From Octopus sinensis (lineage: Eukaryota): a stretch of DNA of 64,000 bases. The stretch is taken from positions 3,162,001 to 3,226,000 of the forward strand of contig NC_043025.1 of NCBI RefSeq assembly GCF_006345805.1, read 5' to 3'. Each line of letters starts with the position of its first letter. The stretch's first letter is position 1. A program made the translations under genes and the position numbers. A model generated the notes under the pieces. It did no database searches, had not been told where the DNA came from, and saw nothing but the letters and a program-made list of their open reading frames with translations. Positions 61,851-64,000 of the stretch are shown piece by piece.

Positions 61851-64000
61851 ACTAGTATATATCATCATCAAATATTACTTTCAAACAGAGTATCAGGAAA
61901 CTGAACGAACTTACAATATCTTTAAATTCTTAAACCGCGAGATATAACTTGTTTGATGGTTGAAATGTTGTTGGCACCAAGATACCTGTTGCAGTAAAGA
62001 ACGAGTAAAAATTATTAAATGGGAAAATATTTGTGATACTACAAAAAGAAGAAGAAGAAGAAGAAGAAGAAGAAGAAGGAGAAGAAGAATGAGAAGAAGA
62101 AGGAGAAGAAGAAGAAGAAGAAGAAGAAGAAGAAGAAGAAGAAGAAGAAGAAGAAGAAGAGAAGAAGAAGAAGAATCAGGCGAAATTATTACATGGAAGT
62201 GTGGACAAATAACCACACGGCACCACAGAATAAAGAGAACAACGTGAAACAAACAACAGTAGAATATACATAAGTATTATATTAACACTGCAGACACACT
62301 CATACATATATGAACATACACGTTTTCAGGAATAAACTTTTGATGCAGACAATTATCAACAGATAGTCATTGACATGTTCAGACACAATCAAATAAATAT
62401 AGCACGAATATGAAAAGTGATTATGACTTCAAGTAATAGGGAGTGAGAACAAATAGAAATCAGGGAATATTTAAATTAAAGACACATTATATTCCTCATG
62501 TATAAACGACAACATTCAAAGGACTTACAGAGTTTCTAAGCTGTGAAGGTCTTGAAACATTACTTTCTCAATGTTCGAAATTTTATTGTTCTTAAGATAT
62601 CTGAAGCAGGAAAAAATGTTGCTTATTTTGACGTAGTATGGAATTGCAATAAAATATGAAATATTGTTCTTTTTGTATAGGAAGAAAACCATAGGAAAAT
62701 AAAATGACAAGAAGAAGGTGAAGAAGATGAAGAGGAAGGAGAAGAGGAAGATGAAAAAGAAGAAGAAGAAGAAGAAGACGAAGAAAAAGAAGAAGAAGAT
62801 GAAGAAGAAAAAGAAGAAGAAGAAGAAGGTAGATGAGGAGGAGGAGGAGAAGAAGAAGAAGAAGAAGGAGGAGAAGGAGGAGGAGGAGGAGGAGAAGAAG
62901 GAGAAGAAGAAAAAGAAGAAGATGAAAAAAAGAAGGAGAAGAAGAAGAAGAAGAAGAAAAGGTATAGGAGGAGAGAGGAGGAGGAGATGGAGGAGGAGAT
63001 GGAGGAGGAGGAGGAGGAGGAGGAAAAGAAGAACCAGGTGGAGGAGAAGAAGAAGAGAAGAAGAAAAGAAGAAGACGTAGAAGAAGATGAAGAAAAAGAG
63101 AAGGTAGAAGAGGAGGAGCATGATGTAAAGGAGGATGAGGAGAGGATGGCGATGATGCGAGAAGAATAAAAGAAGAAGAAGATAAAGAAGAAAAAAGAAT
63201 AGAAGAAGAAGGAATAGGAGAAGAAGAAGAAGAAAAGAAGAAGAAGAGAAGGAGAAGAAGGAGAAGAAGGAGAAGGAGAGAAGAAGAAGAAGAAGATAAA
63301 GATAAGAGAAGAAGTTGATTGAAGAAGAAGAAGAATCAGTAGAAGAAGAGAAGAAGAAGAAGATGGGATGAGGAGGAGGAGGAGGAGAAGAAGAAGAGAA
63401 GAAAAAAAGGAGAAGATGAAGAAAAAGAAGAAGAAGAAGAAGAAAAAAAAGGTAGAGGAGGAGGAGGAGGAGGAGGAAAAGAAGAACCAGGTGAGAGGAG
63501 GAAGAAGAAGAAAAGAAGAAAAGAAGAAGAAGTAGAAGAAGATGAAGAAAAACACGAGAAGTTAAGAGAGGAGCATGAGGTTAAAGGAGGATGAGGAGGA
63601 GAGATGGCGATGATCGAGGAAGATAAGAAGAAGAAGAAGAATAAGAAATAAAGAAAGAAGAGAATAGAAGAAGAGGAAAGTGGAGAAGAAGAAGAAGAAG
63701 AGGAAGAAAAAGAGAAGAAAAGGAGAAGAAGGAGAGAAGAAGAAGAAGAAGGAGAAGAAGAAGAAGAAGCAGCATCAAAGTATACATTTAGATAATAGTA
63801 TTAAGAAAATGAACGAACTTACAATGTTTTTAAATTCGAAATCCCCGTGAAGGTACCTTCTTCGATGTTGAAATGGAGTTATCTCGCAGATCTCTATAGC
63901 AGTAAAGAGTAAAATAAATTATGTGGAAAATATTTTGTGATACATCAAACATTGTGGCTTTACAATGAAAGAAAGAAAAAGAAAAAAGATAACGAAGAAG

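Larger units (their letters stand above)
47860..64000. repeat. Higher-order macrosatellite: about 3 tandem units of 4.6-6.1 kb made of a CR1-type RT fragment, unique spacers and GAA/GAG polypurine tracts
   Basis: Block P at 49460, 54070, 60175 (partial at 48318). RT at 49920, 54535, 60640. Block S at 51175, 55863, 62175. Block U at 52580, 53660, 63770. Block V at 53025, 58400. Confidence 0.93.

Noticed and set aside
47745-63787. Dozens of long poly-Lys/Glu/Arg and poly-Leu/Phe/Ser ORFs
   Set aside because: They are translations of GAA/GAG/TTC simple repeats, which lack stop codons. Frames differ between repeat copies.
47860-64000. Regularly recurring aaactgaacgaacttacaatg motif as a possible CRISPR-like array
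   Set aside because: Spacing is hundreds to thousands of bases, the intervening sequences are themselves repeated, there are no cas genes, and the context is eukaryotic.

Overview
AT-rich, microsatellite-laden eukaryotic genomic DNA, very probably octopus, judging from the tRNA-derived SINE families. There is no prokaryotic content and no CRISPR array. (1) A minus-strand, multi-exon adhesion-GPCR-type gene can be assembled by hand from 10 phase-compatible GT-AG exons (45601 to 26981): LRR, LRRCT, Ly6/uPAR-like Cys domain, SEA-like domain, hormone-receptor (HRM) domain. An in-frame second copy of the four SEA-like exons follows, then a candidate stop exon and a displaced copy of the Ly6 exon. 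I found no GAIN/GPS or 7TM exons. (2) A near-intact Penelope-like retroelement and five hammerhead-ribozyme-like motifs lie in or beside TA-rich microsatellites, all on the plus strand, antisense to the gene. (3) Fossil Tx1, R4/Dong, CR1-type, Tc1 (DD36E), Helitron and foldback elements and many SINEs are present. (4) A ~4 kb segmental duplication occupies the start, and a ~16 kb higher-order GAA-rich macrosatellite occupies the end. Frequent single-base deletions in short runs suggest long-read assembly noise, so frameshifts must be read cautiously. All identities and alignments were judged by eye.
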